Shown: positions 1 through 14,147, counted from the first letter of the stretch. The stretch: DNA of 64,000 bases from Antedon mediterranea (GCF_964355755.1 NC_092672.1:37330437-37394436); one strand, 5' to 3'. Notes: generated by a model not told the origin, from the sequence alone. Numbers and translations are program-made.

Positions 1-2
1 AG

Positions 3-3000
3 TTACTACGACCACGCCCTCTTACACGTCTGCGCATGCACGAGATTAATCACCACCCGTGGGTTCGGAAACAGGTCATGAAATTTGACCCATCTGATTA
101 CGTAAGTTTTTTTGGTTCTTTTTTTTTTTTTTTTTTTTTTTTGAAGCATCAAAAAACTTTATAATGAACAACAAATGAATGAGAATAAACTTGATGTGTT
201 TAATTATTTCAGGGATTTACTAGGCCGATAAACGGTGCTGGAGAACCTGGTGATGAGACTCAGTCAGACGAAACAATAGAGTTACAAAAGACGCCACCAC
301 CCAAAGAACAGCATGTGATGGTCTTACTACCGAATGGTGAAACAACACGCAAGAAAATCAACGAGTTGACTCCACAAATACGTTCTCCACCAGGTGCGTG
401 TCAAACTTACTGGTCTCCACTAGGACGCAACGCAAGGACGTACGTGCAATATAATTTGACCAATCACAATGGACAGCTCGGATGATCAATTACTTTTCAT
501 TAGTCATTTTATGCGTACGTCTTTGCGTTGTGCGTATGTTCGTTGCGCTATAGTGAGAACCAAGCTATAGCTCTGTCTACACTAGACTTGCCCCAAGTCT
601 GTATTGTTTTTTTATTTATTTGTTTTTATTTCGACCGCGATTTTTGTCTGAAAATACAGACTTGTGAAACACGTATAGAAATCGATTTGCAGACCGCAAA
701 CATCCGATAATAATGACGTAGGTTATCATACCGTATTTGGCTATATGGGGCGGGCGGTATGTAAATATGGATTTCGAATCAACCAATGATCATTTTGTTT
801 CAAAATGAAAAAGATCGAGTAGGCCTATACGTACAGTGCTGAATGTACGATCGAGTCTGTTGAAATATGAAATCGTGTTGCCAAGTTGTTTTGTTTATTA
901 ATTGTTTAGTCCTTAGCCTAGGTCTCCTTCGTAGGTCCTACTCAACTCGCACGTACGACCTGCCAAATAAAACGCCAATAAGGTAGGCCTACATAATACC
1001 ACCACCGGCACACAACAGGATTCACACACAACACAGTGCTACACCACTACACAGAACAGGCAGTGGTGGCGCCAGCGGGGGGGGGGCGCTACGGGGGCTC
1101 TAGCCCCCTCGTCGGGGAGCCTAGCCCCCCCCCCCCCCCCCAGTCGGGGAACACGGGTACTTTTTGTCGGGGAATATAATATACACTAAAAAACGTTCGC
1201 GTTCACTACATATAGCTTCAGCGCCTAGAAAACCACGACGTTCCATTGACCGTGAGAGTACGTCAGAGGGCTATTATGCACTTATATGCATTCATTTATT
1301 GCCAGCGATCTAACTTACTACTAAACATTAGCTAGGTTCGCACTTGTCTGGCGGTATCCCTTTGTACGAATCGTTCAACGTTGGGTCGACACGCGTGATA
1401 TCAAGTTCCATCCAGGGACCAAAATGTGTAATGTAGTTATTTTCCAGGCGAAGTTTACTGACGGTTACGTCGTGTACTGCGTCGACGTACGCTACACGTA
1501 ACACTACAGCAAAAACGAATTATGTTAATTGTTCGTATGTTCACCAATTTTTTAATTTACAAGTAACATTCTGTACCGTGGGGCACCTAAAATAAATTTT
1601 TCATCCATTACTAAACAAAAAAACATGCCATTTTCGCTTAGCCAACATCTTATTATAGCTAAGTTATTACATTTTCAATGTCCTCCTGTATGTCATGAAT
1701 TTCTCACCACTCGGAAGTCCAGATGGTACGCACGCATACACTTGGGAGGAATAAACTTATTTCCCCGACTGAAAAAGGTCTACGCTTGCGTTTTTTAAGC
1801 CTCTAGGCCGGATATTTCAGCTCTAGTTTTAAACAGTTTCTTAGTTCAGCCCCAACAATAAAGCTGGTCATATTTCGAAGTACAAGAAGTGCATTTTCCG
1901 GGACGTAACATCTCTATTTTTCAAACATTTCTTAGCTCAGTCACAACCTTGATAGGGACTTATATATTTTGTTTCATGTTTTGAAGTATAATAAGTCCAA
2001 TTTCCGGGACCTCCAACTCTATTTTTCTAAATTTTCTTTGAACTTTTATTTTTTAAATTGAAAAATATGGATTAAAACAGTCATCGCGCATCGTTTTTTT
2101 GCACGCAGTATACGTGGGAATTAAATCAAATTATCTCCGCGTAATATTAAATGATCCATATAAAATCCTTTCCAAACTTTCATCAATGTACCCAAGTACA
2201 CATTGTCTAAACGTAACATAGCGCATGCGTACCATCTTAGTTGTTGAGTCTTTGAAATTCTGAAATATGAATATTAAAACGGTGTACGAGTGAGTAGCCA
2301 ATCGCATGCAGCTGAAACTAGTCAACTGGATAATCTATGCACCAAGAATTCTTGGTGTCAAACCACGTGACTTTTGCGTGTTTCCCCAGACGGAGTATCC
2401 AAACTCAAGTAATACACGTATGAAACGCCATATGTGCAAAAATATTTATATTTTTACTAATATTAAGAAAAAACTCCGTCTGGAACCCAGACTATGTCTA
2501 CACTATCAAACTAGTTTGACAAAACAAGTGTGATATGCTTAAATATGGTAGTGATATGATCACCATGTCCATTTTTGGGCACATCACATTTTTGTTGTAA
2601 CATAAAATTTGATAGTGCAGACAGAGCTTAGATGTATAGAAGAACGAGTGTACATTGTGTCGTCAATAGTTTATATATAATGTTTGACTACCCACTAATC
2701 TCATTTATTTTCAGAAAAGTCAGTTGAAATAGCCGAAGCTCACCAGAAAACAAAAGCGCGGGAAGTCGTCAAGACATGCGCACAACACCCAAAATCAATA
2801 CTAAAAAACCGAACAGATTTAGTTTCTAGCAACGCGGCGGACACTGAGGAAGCACGCACCAGAATGAAGAACTTGTATCGAAGAATTCTACAACCACCTC
2901 TAAGAGAAGACTACGTATTTGAAGTTGTAGATAAGCACAAATACAGACAATACGATCGTAGGTCTGCATGTTCATCTGTAAGTCCAACAAAACGAACAGA

Positions 3001-3592
3001 TTCTCCTACAAAATTGCGCCTTTCTGACAGACTCAACTCAAGAAAATCGCCTACTAAAAAATCATCAAAGAAACACGTTGTTGTTTCTACGCCGGTGGTA
3101 AACCCAGAAGCTACTGCGTTGACACTAATACCTGTATATAAGCGAGAAGTACAATCAAAACAAGCATGTCAACCGGATTTAACGCGAATCACCTACCGGC
3201 TAGGTCACCCTCCAGGTCAAGCTCCCTGCCCTACACCTACTAAATGGGACGGCTATAAGAGCCTTCCTAAGGAATCACAATCACCTGCTGTTAGTCAGAA
3301 AAAAGATGTTGAAATTGAAGAAGCCCGACCAGAGGCAAGTAAAGCATCTGCTATCAAGGCTAACAGGAACGAGTTCCAAGGTACGCCAGTTGTGGCACGT
3401 AGTTGGGATTTGACCTTAGACTCACCAAGTCCAATGAACAGTCCGATACAGAGTCCGGTCAGAAGCCCTGACCTCTCTAGTACACGCTATATGCTGCTAC
3501 GACGTCGCGCAACAAAACCACCAAAGAAGGTCAATGACCCTAAAACTGAACACATGTTTAGAAGACTATGTGGCTTTCCTAATTTAGGCTAG
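3..3592 (+). CDS. 3' part of a Ser/Thr protein kinase with a long S/P/K-rich C-terminal tail (exons <3-101, 213-393, 2715-3592)
   Basis: GT-AG junctions join in frame into the 2864-3592 ORF. The first exon reads LLRPRPLTRLRMHEINHHPWV, resembling kinase subdomain XI (P..R...EI..HPW). AATAAA at ~3638. Confidence 0.65.
408..567. mobile_element. PIF/Harbinger-like MITE family B (AGCTTGGTTCCCACTAG...CTAGTGAGAACCAAGCT)
   Basis: Inverted termini. Related copies at ~52935-53295 (left end tandemly amplified), ~63245-63379 and ~63798-63940. Confidence 0.55.
1061..1170 (+). mobile_element. GC-rich left end of a probable hAT-type non-autonomous element
   Basis: Starts CAGTGGTGGCGCCAG followed by G/C-run hairpins (GGGGGCTCTAGCCCCC). 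No matching right end identified. Confidence 0.35.
2489..2630. mobile_element. PIF/Harbinger-like MITE family A
   Basis: TIR AGCTCTGTCTACACTATCAAA...TTTGATAGTGTAGACAGAGCT (left end degenerate here). About ten copies in the window. Confidence 0.7.
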
Positions 3593-3850
3593 ATTTTAAA
3601 TGCCACACAAATTACCACATGGGTTTAAAAAACGGCAATAAAATGTATAAATTATATGTCTTCTTGGTTTATATTTTATTTACGACTTTAAAAAACAACA
3701 ATGTAAACATAGTTAAAGTTTTAATAGCTGAAGAAATTGAAAGTAAAACATATTTTTGTACAATCAACTGAAAATCTGTAAAAGAATTTACAAAACAACT
3801 ACCTCTAAAATATCAAATTGAAAGATTTCAGTTTTTAACATCGTGAAGAA

Positions 3851-3935
3851 ATTCAGAATAAGTTGTACAACTTCAGGATCAAAACGTAAGCTTTTACTTC
3901 TTGAGTTTTTCTCCGTCATAATAACTCAACAGAAT
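3851..3935 (-). promoter_or_regulatory. SECIS element of selenoprotein H (type II)
   Basis: Minus strand: ATGAC-GGAGAAAAAC-TCAAG-AAGT-AAAA-GCTT-AC-GTTTTGATCC-TGAAG. This gives the AUGA/GA core, helix II, unpaired AA, an apical mini-stem, and helix I GAGTT/AACTT. Confidence 0.8.
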
Positions 3936-3994
3936 CACTTTATGACGTGGTAAACTGAAACCTACAAAAACAGATAGAAACTAGTAGATATCAA

Positions 3995-4270
3995 GGTAAT
4001 GGTTCGAATCCTGCTGCTGCCCTAACTAGTCATTCTTTCATATACTTTCCTAATTACTGAATGCAACACCTTATATTTGTGTATCAATGTTTGTGTAATA
4101 TTGTTCTTCTTGAATATCAAAAAATACTTATTTTGGTCTCCTTCTGCACACTTTTTTTTATACTAGTATAATTTTGTTTTTTCATTGCAAATGTTAATTG
4201 TTAAGTGTGTGTGTGCAGAGAAACAAGAAAAACAAACATTGTGTGTGATAATTCAATAAAGTTATTCATA
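3995..4270 (+). mobile_element. tRNA-derived SINE-like relic
   Basis: B-box GGTTCGAATCC at ~4001 and a LINE-like AATAAAGTTATTC 3' end. Confidence 0.35.
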
Positions 4271-4385
4271 ACCGTGTACTATGCGTGTGTAACAAACTTC
4301 CAAATTTTGCTAATGTGATTGAATTAGATAATATTAAGAATAAGAGCATGTACCTTTTTCTTAAACAAAAATACTGTATGACTTA

Positions 4386-6614
4386 TTACTGGATCTCTTT
4401 CTTGAGGGCGCTAAGAATGATGGAAGACTCTGGGAATTTGAGCTTTCTTGGCGGCCCTTTCTTCAATCCAGTCCAAATGCTAATCTCTAATAATAATGAA
4501 GCAAAGAACAGAAATGTTATGGTACTACTGGTAGATAACTGTTTAGTATCATCGTCTGTTTCTCAGCAGTGTGTATTGCTTGGTTCCATGACCTAGGCCT
4601 TCTGTCCTCCACTTAATTCACTTCTTAATATCTTTCTTTGCTTTTCCCCCTATCCTATGGTCATTGGTCTGTCAACTGGTCATTGATCTGTCAACTGGTC
4701 ATTGATCTGTCAACTGGTCAAAGATCTGTCAACTGGTCAAAGATCTGTCAACTGGTCAAAGATCTGTCAACTGGTCATTGATCTGTCAACTGGTCATTGA
4801 TCTGTCAACTGGTCAAAGATCTGTCAACTGGTCAAAGATCTGTCAACTGGTCATTGATCTGTCAACTGGTCATTGATCTGTCAACTGGTCATTGATCTGT
4901 CAACTGGTCATTGATCTGTCAACTGGTCATTGATCTGTCAACTGGTCATTGATCTGTCAACTGGTCATTGATCTGTCAACTGGTCAAAGATCTGTCAACT
5001 GGTCATTGATCTGTCAACTGGTCATTGATCTGTCAACTGGTCAAAGATCTGTCAACTGGTCACTGATCTGTCAACTGGTCAAATATCTGTCAACTGGTCA
5101 TTGATCTGTCAACTGGTCATTGGTCTTTCAACTGGTAATTTACAATATAATAGACAATTACCTGTGTCATTTTTACATAAGATGATTTCAAAACTTTTTG
5201 AGCGAGGCTTTTTAGGGTTTATGTCAAAGGTCAGGTTTGGAAATTCTTTCACAATATCTTCTGAAAGCCGTACTGCATTTTTCTTGTAGACGTGTCATGA
5301 TTTACTACAACAAAACATTTATAAACAAATATAAATAATATTAAGCCTTGGCTAAAGATACGGTACCGAATCCTAACTTCCGTTTTCAAAAGGTACAGTA
5401 AAATTGCATTACGTCATAGTCAGCCAATGGGGTGCTGGTACGTGTGTGACGTCATCGTATTAAGGACTTGGGATTTTTTTTCATATCGCGAAAACAGTGA
5501 TCAACCGGCGGCTTAACATTTTCTTTATTATGCTTCATTTATCGCTATTATCCCTGTCGTCTGACAAAACTAAATGTAGCCTAGGCCTACGTCTGTTATT
5601 ATTGATAGGCCAAACAAAACATGTTGATTTTTTTAGAATACAGAAATTTACATTTTCAAAAAAGGCCTACTACGTACTATAACCATGCTATAGCCTCGGT
5701 ATATGAGGTTGTTTGCCAGGCTGGGGCCAGCTGCATGTGTGCGCTGATTTCTGTGACTAAGACCTGGGGCTAGGCCTATTGTCTAAATCAAAGTATTTGA
5801 GGGCCCCTTTATTGTCCGAATTTGGTTTTTGTTTATGGTCACCATCTGTAAACAAAGTTTTTTTTTAAATATAGGCCTAAATAGGCCATTTGGAATAAAA
5901 ATAAAACCCTCATAGTAACTATAGGCCTATGGACGAATGAACTAGATGCAACACAATTTCCAACATTTAATTAAACGGAAGTTAGGATACGGTACTGTAT
6001 CTTTAGCCACGGCGATAATATTAATAATAATATCTTAAATTAAAATTAATTAAGCCTACGGCCTATATAGGCTAGGCCTAGTTATTTTTAGTAAGGCCCA
6101 CCAGTAAGCTTTATTTCTACCACCACTACTTTAGGCTAGAGTAGGCCTCCACATATAGTATAGTGCTAGTAGCCTACTTATTAATTACTGGGCCTAGTAG
6201 GCCTACTATACCTAACTACCGTCAACTGTAACGTAAGCGTATGTAGGCCTAGGCCTACTAGCTAGGCCTAACTACTTCTACTAGCATTAATTAGTTAGAT
6301 TGGTTTGGCTAAAGGTAAAGATAAAGATCTGAGACCGCTAATACCTTCAAGAATCGCATCGACACAATGTAGTTGATATGGGGTTTAAAAAGGCACATCG
6401 CCTAAACTTTCCCATTATAACTAAACTAAACTAAACTAAACTAAACTAAAGCAGGAGTTTCTTACCAATGTTCAATCATAACCCTAATGTTTTCCTTGTC
6501 TTTAACTTTTTCCTCTTTTGCTTTTTTAGATGGAATTTCTGTTTCTACTACCTCTGGTGGTTCATTTATTTCGTCAGATTTTGCTGCACGTTTTCGTGTT
6601 CTGCGCGGCGCCAT
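4386..6614 (-). CDS. SELENOH: Selenoprotein H (exons 6614-6466, 5304-5162, 4486-4386; Sec UGA at 5297-5295; 130 aa)
   Basis: Spliced product MAPRRTRKR...VMIEHCKSUHVYKKN...INPKKPRSKSFEI...IWTGLKKGPPRKLKFPE has the CxxU motif and the characteristic SelH C-terminus. A SECIS lies downstream. Confidence 0.95.
4659..5136. repeat. 19-bp minisatellite (GGTCATTGATCTGTCAACT)n, ~25 copies, in SELENOH intron 2
   Basis: Direct tandem repeat with ATT/AAA variants. Confidence 0.95.
5344..6014. mobile_element. MITE with ~41-bp TIRs and a probable 9-bp TSD (Mutator-like)
   Basis: GCCTTGGCTAAAGATACGGTACCGAATCCTAACTTCCGTTT matches the reverse complement at ~5973-6013. ATAATATTA flanks both sides. Confidence 0.7.
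6328..6450 (+). mobile_element. Extremely 5'-truncated CR1-type LINE copy with (AACTA)n tail
   Basis: Near-identical to 29491-29600, the 3' end of the larger CR1 fragment. Confidence 0.9.
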
Positions 6615-8224
6615 GTTTTTAAAAACACCGTGGTTAGGATTCCGACACAACTGCTGCCTAGCGTTAGGGAATGCGACACGCTATTGCGCATGTCCAGAGC
6701 GAGGTAATTGGCGACTCTGAAGTGTGCAACATGCAATGCACGCGACGGTAATTCAACAAAACAAAAATTATGAAATACAAACAGAGCTAGCACACAAAAC
6801 CTACTTACTAATTTTAATATTTCTAAATTTAGAAAACTACAATTATCACCTTTGATAATTACAATGTTAAATTTAAACTATCCAGATGCGAATTTTAGGT
6901 TGAGTTTTAAAAAACTTGACTTCATATGCTTCAATTTCGAAGATTTTTATTTATTCTACCATAAACTTTTATTCACAACATAATATCAGTAGGCCTACAA
7001 TACAATATCTTGCATGAAACGGATATTTAAAAATACACTATAATGTGTAATGGTAGAATTATAATTATAATGTAAAAGATTAACAAAATAAAAATTGAAC
7101 AGTGTTGTGTGTTGATTGCGAATGACTAACTAACAATACCATCTTTCCCACAGCACATGTGCACACTCATTTGCATAACAAACGCACGACATACCAAACT
7201 ACGATGAGATAAAATTAATTCTCTTCTAAACACGTAACGAAGAGAATTAATTCCCTTTTCTAACATTAAAATAAATTGAGGGCGCTAAACATAAAATTTA
7301 TACCATCAAAGCAGTTGGCGAGAGCCGAAAAAAAAATATGGTAAATGTGCTCTCCCTGCCTCAGCACTAAGGCCCTGCCAACTTGTACAATATACGTACC
7401 CACTTATTTTCTCTTGTTTTGTAGGCAGATTCTGTAGGTCATACTATATTAAGTACTCTTTATTCGCGATAATTAACATTTATTATAGAAGGGTTATTAT
7501 AAAGCTATGATTGATTAATTATCATCTTGGACCCCATAAAATATTTGAAACAAATAAATAAATTTGTATACTATTTTATTCATATCCTGATGATTCATAG
7601 TTTTATTGCCTTTATAAATTAGGCTAAAGTACGCATATTAATTGACCTGGAGCGAGGTGGGTCGAAATTAATTGAATGCTCTGTCTATACCAACGATAGG
7701 CCTATCGCCACCTATGATCGTTATGATAAATGTTAACATTTCAACTATCCAGATGCCTCAGCACTAAGGCCCTGCCACAGCCTTTTGGGGTCGTTTCCAC
7801 CACATCACCAGATGCATTGATGTTGTCGCCTCATGATGTGTGGTGGAAGGGGGGGGGAGGGTGGGGACGTATTATCTGTGAACCTCAAACACAGTGGCTC
7901 GCATAGCCTTAACTCTATTCCACCGACCAGCGTGGGAATCGAACCCAAGGTTAATAGGATATTTATGACGTAATGATGAATTACGTAATACACGTATAAA
8001 TAGACTATTATCAGCTCTTCAGTCGAGTCATGTTTCAGTTTGTGGTGCAACGGGTAATGCCCAGTTTTGAGTGCTATCGGCTGGGGTTCGAACCTCAACG
8101 GATATTTTATTTTTTTTTATATATATATATTTTTTTTAATATTGTTTTTTTTTTAATAGAGATATGTGACACTGTATTGTCGAACATGTATGGTTCCATA
8201 CCGGTAGGTATTCAAATATGCTTA

Positions 8225-10563
8225 ATACGAAAAGATATTAAAATTCAGTGACTTATTTCTATTTTATATCACTGTGCTCCACTGGCTCCAAGTTGGGTCC
8301 ACTTGAGCACAGTGTATTAACATACGAAAAGATATTAAAATTCCGTGAATTATTCCTATTTTATATCACTGTGCTCGTCTGGTACCAAATTGGGTCCACT
8401 TGAGTACATTGTATTAAAATACGAAAAGATATTACAATTCAGTGACTTATTTCTATTATATATCACTGTGCTCCACTGACGCCAAATTGGGTCCACTTGA
8501 GCACAGTGTATTAAAATACGAAAAGATATTAAAATTCAGTGACTTATTTTTATTTTATATCACTGTGCTCCCTTGGCTCCAAATAGGGTTCAATTGAACA
8601 AAGTGTATTAAAATACGAAAAGATATTAAAATTCAGTGACTTATTTCTATTTTATATCACTGTGCTCCCCTGGCTCCAAATTGGGTCCACTTGAGCACAG
8701 TGTATTAAAATACGAAAAGATATTAAAATTCAGTGACTTATTTTTATTTTATATCACTGTGCTCCCCTGGCTCCAAATAGGGTTCAATTGAACAAAGTGT
8801 ATTAAAATACGAAAAGATATTAAAATTCAGTGACTTATTTCTATTTTATATCATTGTGCTCCCCTGGCTCCAAATTGGGTCCACTTGAGCACAGTGTGTA
8901 TTAACATACGAAAAGATATTAAAATTCAGTGACTTTTTTCTATTTTATATTACTGTGCTCACTGGCGCGCGCGCCAAATTGGGTCCACGTAAGCACAGTG
9001 TATTAACATACGGAAAGATATTAAAATTCAGTGACTTATTTCTATTTTATATCACAGTGCTCCCCTGGCTCCAAATCGGGCCCACTTGAGCACAGTGTAT
9101 TAACATACGAAAAGATATTAAAATTCCGTGAATTATTCCTATTTTATATCACTGTGCTCGTCTGGTACCAAATTGGGTCCACTTGAGTACATTGTATTAA
9201 AATACGAAAAGATATTACAATTCAGTGACTTATTTCTATTATATATCACTGTGCTCCACTGACGCCAAATTGGGTCCACTTGAGCACAGTGTATTAAAAT
9301 ACGAAAAGATATTAAAATTCAGTGACTTATTTTTATTTTATATCACTGTGCTCCCCTGGCTCCAAATAGGGTTCAATTGAACAAAGTGTATTAAAATACG
9401 AAAAGATATTAAAATTCAGTGACTTATTTCTATTTTATATCACTGTGCTCCCCTGGCTCCAAATTGGGTCCACTTGAGCACAGTGTATTAAAATACGAAA
9501 AGATATTAAAATTCAGTGACTTATTTTTATTTCATATCACTGTGCTCCCCTGGCTCCAAATAGGGTTCAATTGAACAAAGTGTATTAAAATACGAAAAGA
9601 TATTAAAATTCAGTGACTTATTTCTATTTTATATCATTGTGCTCCCCTGGCTCCAAATTGGGTCCACTTGAGCACAGTGTGTATCAACATACGAAAAGAT
9701 ATTAAAATTCAGTGACTTATTTCTATTTTATATCACTATGCTCCCCTGGCTCCAAATTGGGTCCACATGAGCACAGTGTATTAACATACGAAAAGATATT
9801 AAAATTTAGTGACTTTTTTCTATTTTATATTACTGTGCTCACTGGCGCGCGCGCCAAATTGGGTCCACGTAAGCAGAGTGTATTAACATACGGAAAGATA
9901 TTAAAATTCAGTGACTTATTTCTATTTTATATCACAGTGCTCCCCTGGCTCCAAATCGGGTCCACTTGAGCATAGTGTATATTAAATACGAAAAGATATT
10001 AAAATTCAGTGACTTTTTCCATTTTATATCACTGTGCTCCACTGGCGCCAAATTGGGTCCACTTGAGCACAGTGTATTAACATATGAAAATATATTAACA
10101 TTCAATGACTTATTTCTATTTTATATCACTGTGCTCTCCTGGCGCCAAATTGGGTCCACTTGAGCACAGTGTATTAACATACGAAAAGATATTAAAATTC
10201 AGTAACTTTTTTCTATTTTATATCACTGTGCTCCACTGGCTCCAAATTGGGTCCACTTGAGCACAGTGTATTAACATACGAAAAGATATTAAAATTCAGT
10301 GACTTTTTTCTATTTTATATCACTGTGCTCCACTGGCGCCAAATTAGGTCCACTTAGCACAGTATATTAACATACGAAAATATATTAACATTCAGTGACT
10401 TCTTTCTATTTTATATCACTGTGCTCTCCTGGCGCCAAATTGGGTCCACTTGAGCACAGTGTATTAACATACGAAAAGATATTAAAATTCAGTGACTTAT
10501 TTCTATTTTATATCACTGTGCTCCCCTGGCTCCAAATTGGGTCCACTTGAGCACAGTGTATTA
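8225..10563. repeat. 97-bp satellite array, left part (~24 copies)
   Basis: Unit ACGAAAAGATATTAAAATTCAGTGACTTATTTCTATTTTATATCACTGTGCTC...CCAAATTGG...GAGCACAGTG. The array resumes at 15971. Confidence 0.95.
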
Positions 10564-11354
10564 CATTACGCGGACCAGGCTACGTTAGCGTTACGGTTAG
10601 GCAATTTGGTTTTGACAAGCAATTACTGTCAGTGCTTTGTAAGTTATTGTGATTTTATTGCCCTGGAGTGTCATTTGAGCCACAAGTTCTAACTACAAGT
10701 CCTGCCCACTGGAGGTTGGTCTAACCTGAGATGATTCGCATGGAAGAGCTTGAGTCATTCTCTTAAGTTTGGCCTCGATGACCTTTGCGCAGGCTACCTA
10801 GAATTCTCATGGGCCATTAAATATTCAGTTTCAACTTTTAGATTTTATGTGGTTTGAGACTTTGTTGAGCATTTTTTTAAATGTGTATAGGCCTACTACA
10901 GTACATAATATTAATATTTAATCAAAGATAAGAACAATAATGCAATATACATTGAGATATAAATAATGTAAAATAAACCATAAAGATTAATACAATAAAC
11001 TACAAATAGCCAATTTTTTAGTTTTAATGGAAAAAAATGATTGACCTATGAAAGAACCCTAAAATAAACATATAAACAAAAATAAACGCCAAGTGATGAT
11101 AACCAATTTAAATTAATACACATTCAAAAGTTTTATCATCATGTAAATAATTATCTTAAATTAAAAATGAAAGATATATTTAGGTTAACAAATTGAATAT
11201 AATATGTTTCCTTTTTTCTTATCACTCTTGAAAAGTAATGTTATCTGTTATCTGCCAGAGTCACATGTTCTGACCCTTTCCTTCATTTGTTTAGCTCTGT
11301 TGATGAATACTCTGATACTTTTTTTCGTAAAATGCTACAAATAAGTGTGTATGT

Positions 11355-12925
11355 TTTTTACCCTGCCACTGTTTTAGTACAACACAATTTTGTGTACCCT
11401 GCCACTGTTTTGTATCCCTGCCACCGTTTTTGTATCCCTGCAATCTTATTTTTTCACAGAAACTTTGTATACAACACAAGTTTTTGTATCCTAGATCATT
11501 GTTTTGTACCCTGACACCGTTTTTGTTCCCTGCTACTGTTTTTGTACCCTGCCACCGTTTTTGTACCCTGCTACTGTTTTTGTACCATGCCCCAGTTTTT
11601 GTACCCAGCTGCCATCGTGTTTGTACCCTGCCACTGTTTCTGTACCCTGCCACTGTTTTTATACCCTGCCACCGTTTTTGTACCCTGCGACTGTTTTTGT
11701 ACCCTCCCACCGTTTTTTTTATCCTGCCACCGTTTTTGTATCCCTGCCACCGTTTTTGTACCACTGTCATCGTCTTTTTTCCCAGACACTTTGTATACAA
11801 CACAAGTTTTTGTACCATAGACCACTGCTTGTCATACCCTGTCTCTGTTTTTGTACCCTGATACCGTTTTTGTACCATGTCACCGTTTTTGTACCCTGCC
11901 ACTATTTTTGTACCTTGCCACTGTTTTTGTACCCATCTGCCATCGTTTTTGTACCCTGCCACCGTTTTTGTACCCAGCTGCCATCGATTTTGTACTGCCA
12001 CCGTTTTTGTACCCTGCCACTTTTTTGTACCCTGCCACCGTTTTTGTACCCTGCCACTGTTTATGTACCCTGCGACTGTTTTTGTACCCAGCTGCCATCG
12101 TTTTTGTACCCTGCCATCGTTTTTGTACCCTGCCACCGTTTTTGTACCCTGCCACCGTTTTTGTACCCTGCCACCGTTTTTGTATCCTGCCACCGTTTTT
12201 GTACCCTGCCACTGTTTTTGTACCGAGCTGCTATCGTTTTTATACCCTGCCACCGTTTTTGTACCCTCCACTGTTTTTGTACCCTGCTCATTTTTTGTAC
12301 CCAACTGCCATCAATGTTGTACCCTGCCACTGTTTTTGTACCCTGCCACTTTTTTTGTACCCAGCTGCCATCGTTTTTGTACCCTGCCACTGTTTGTACC
12401 CTTCCACCAGGGCCTTCCAGCCTTTTAAACACTGCCTGACATACAAAGATATTTTAAGTCATTTTGTGAAAAATATACATTTATTTAATTTAATGGAATA
12501 TCACAACCACTAAGTATTTATTCCTGTATAAGGTCAGCAATCAGATTTCCCGCGAACTATTGTATAAAATTAGTGACGCTGTTTTTGTACACTGCCACCG
12601 TTTTTGTACCCTGCCACCGTTTTTGTACCCTGCCACTGTTTTTGTACCCAGCTGCCATCGTTTTTGTACTCTGCCATCGTTTTTGTACCCTGCCACCGTT
12701 TTTGTACCCTGCCACCGTTTTTGTACCCTGCCACCGATTTTGTACCCTCCACTGTTTTTGTACCCTGCTCATTTTTTTGTACCCAACTGCCATCGATGTT
12801 GTACCCTGCCACTGTTTTTGTACCCAGCTGCCATCGTTTTTGTACCCTGTCGCTGTTTGTGTACCCTGCCACTGTTTTTATACCCTGCCACCATTTTTGT
12901 ACCCAGTCAATGTTTTTGTACAAAA
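11355..12925. repeat. ~20-bp minisatellite (TGTACCCTGCCACCGTTTTT)n inside the TIR element
   Basis: Two blocks of degenerate tandem units. They account for the many spurious six-frame ORFs here. Confidence 0.95.
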
Positions 12926-13934
12926 CAATTTTTTTTTACAAGTGTTGTACCCAGAAACGTTTTATAACAATTTTATACAATGCAAAATAGAACAAAATAC
13001 GTGATAATTGCAAATAAATATAATTTCATTTTCAATTTAATTTTATTTCCTCAATATAATAACATACATACAGGATAATACATGCAATGAAGTAATCATG
13101 TGGGGAGAGAGTCATAATAAGTCAGTCAGTAAGTTTGACCCACCACGAAATATAACATTAAATACGAATACGAAAAAAAAATATATATATATACATAAAC
13201 TAATAATAAATAAAAGAAAACAAAGCTACAATTTATGCATATTCTCTGTTATACTCATTACTTACTAAATGTTTACTGTTAACATGATATTGTTCTCATC
13301 CTTTAACATTAATATTAATATTTTTGTTCTTTAATGTTTACAAAACTTTTATTTCCAGCAGATTATCCTTTTTTTGCACTATAACTTCTTAAATTTTCAT
13401 TTAACTTTTTTACTTTCTTCTCTTATGTGGATTCATTCCACTTTTTTTTAACTTATTTTCTTTAAAAAAACTATTTCCATATATCATTTTGTTTATACAT
13501 ACATTATCATTTAACCACATTGATTACATAGTTTCCTCTTTTTATACATAATTATTATCTATTACACATTTTCATTAACAAAGCTTATTTTTTCTTACAT
13601 AGTTGTTTTTTTTCATCTACATGGATATTTATTTCATACAATTATAATATACGTTTATGTTTACTAAATCCATCCCATGGGTTTGTCCCATTTTATTTTT
13701 CTTTGGATTTATCTATGCAAACATATTTTCATTTAAACAATGCATATTCTCTGTTATACTAATTACTTACTAACTTTTTACTGTTAACATTATATTTTCC
13801 TCATCCTTTAACATTGATTTTTTTGATCTTTAAATGTTTACAAAATTTATTTCCAACAGATTATCCTTTTTTGCATCTACAGTATAACCCATCAAAGTTT
13901 CATTTAACTTTTTTTTTCTTATGTGGGTTCATTC

Positions 13935-14147
13935 AATTTTTAATTATTCATGATCTAACGTTATTACATAAGAAATTACTTCTGGTGCAGTCCATGGAAA
14001 GCATTTCTTCCACCTAATCTTCTCCTCCGATGACAACTTTAAAGGAGTAGGCCTACTCCGTCCGGTCCGAAACGCCTTGCCATAATCTATTGTTACAGGT
14101 ATAAATTAATTTTACCATCAATCATGAAGCACGTACCACGTTATTAC
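13935..14147 (-). pseudogene. Decayed protein kinase exon (subdomains VIb-VIII)
   Basis: After an acceptor at 14148: (G)NNVV, then stops/frameshift, then FIPVTIDYGKAFRTG...EEKIRWKKCFPWTAPEVI (DFG-like and APE motifs). Confidence 0.65.

Noticed and set aside
6468-6793. Plus-strand and alternative ORFs over SELENOH exon 1
   Set aside because: Antisense or shadow frames of the real exon.
7900-8110. tRNA genes suggested by GGTTCGA B-box motifs on both strands
   Set aside because: No cloverleaf could be folded. More likely SINE or TE remnants.
11287-13004. Many long overlapping ORFs (up to 337 aa) on both strands
   Set aside because: They are translations of a stop-poor ~20-bp minisatellite.
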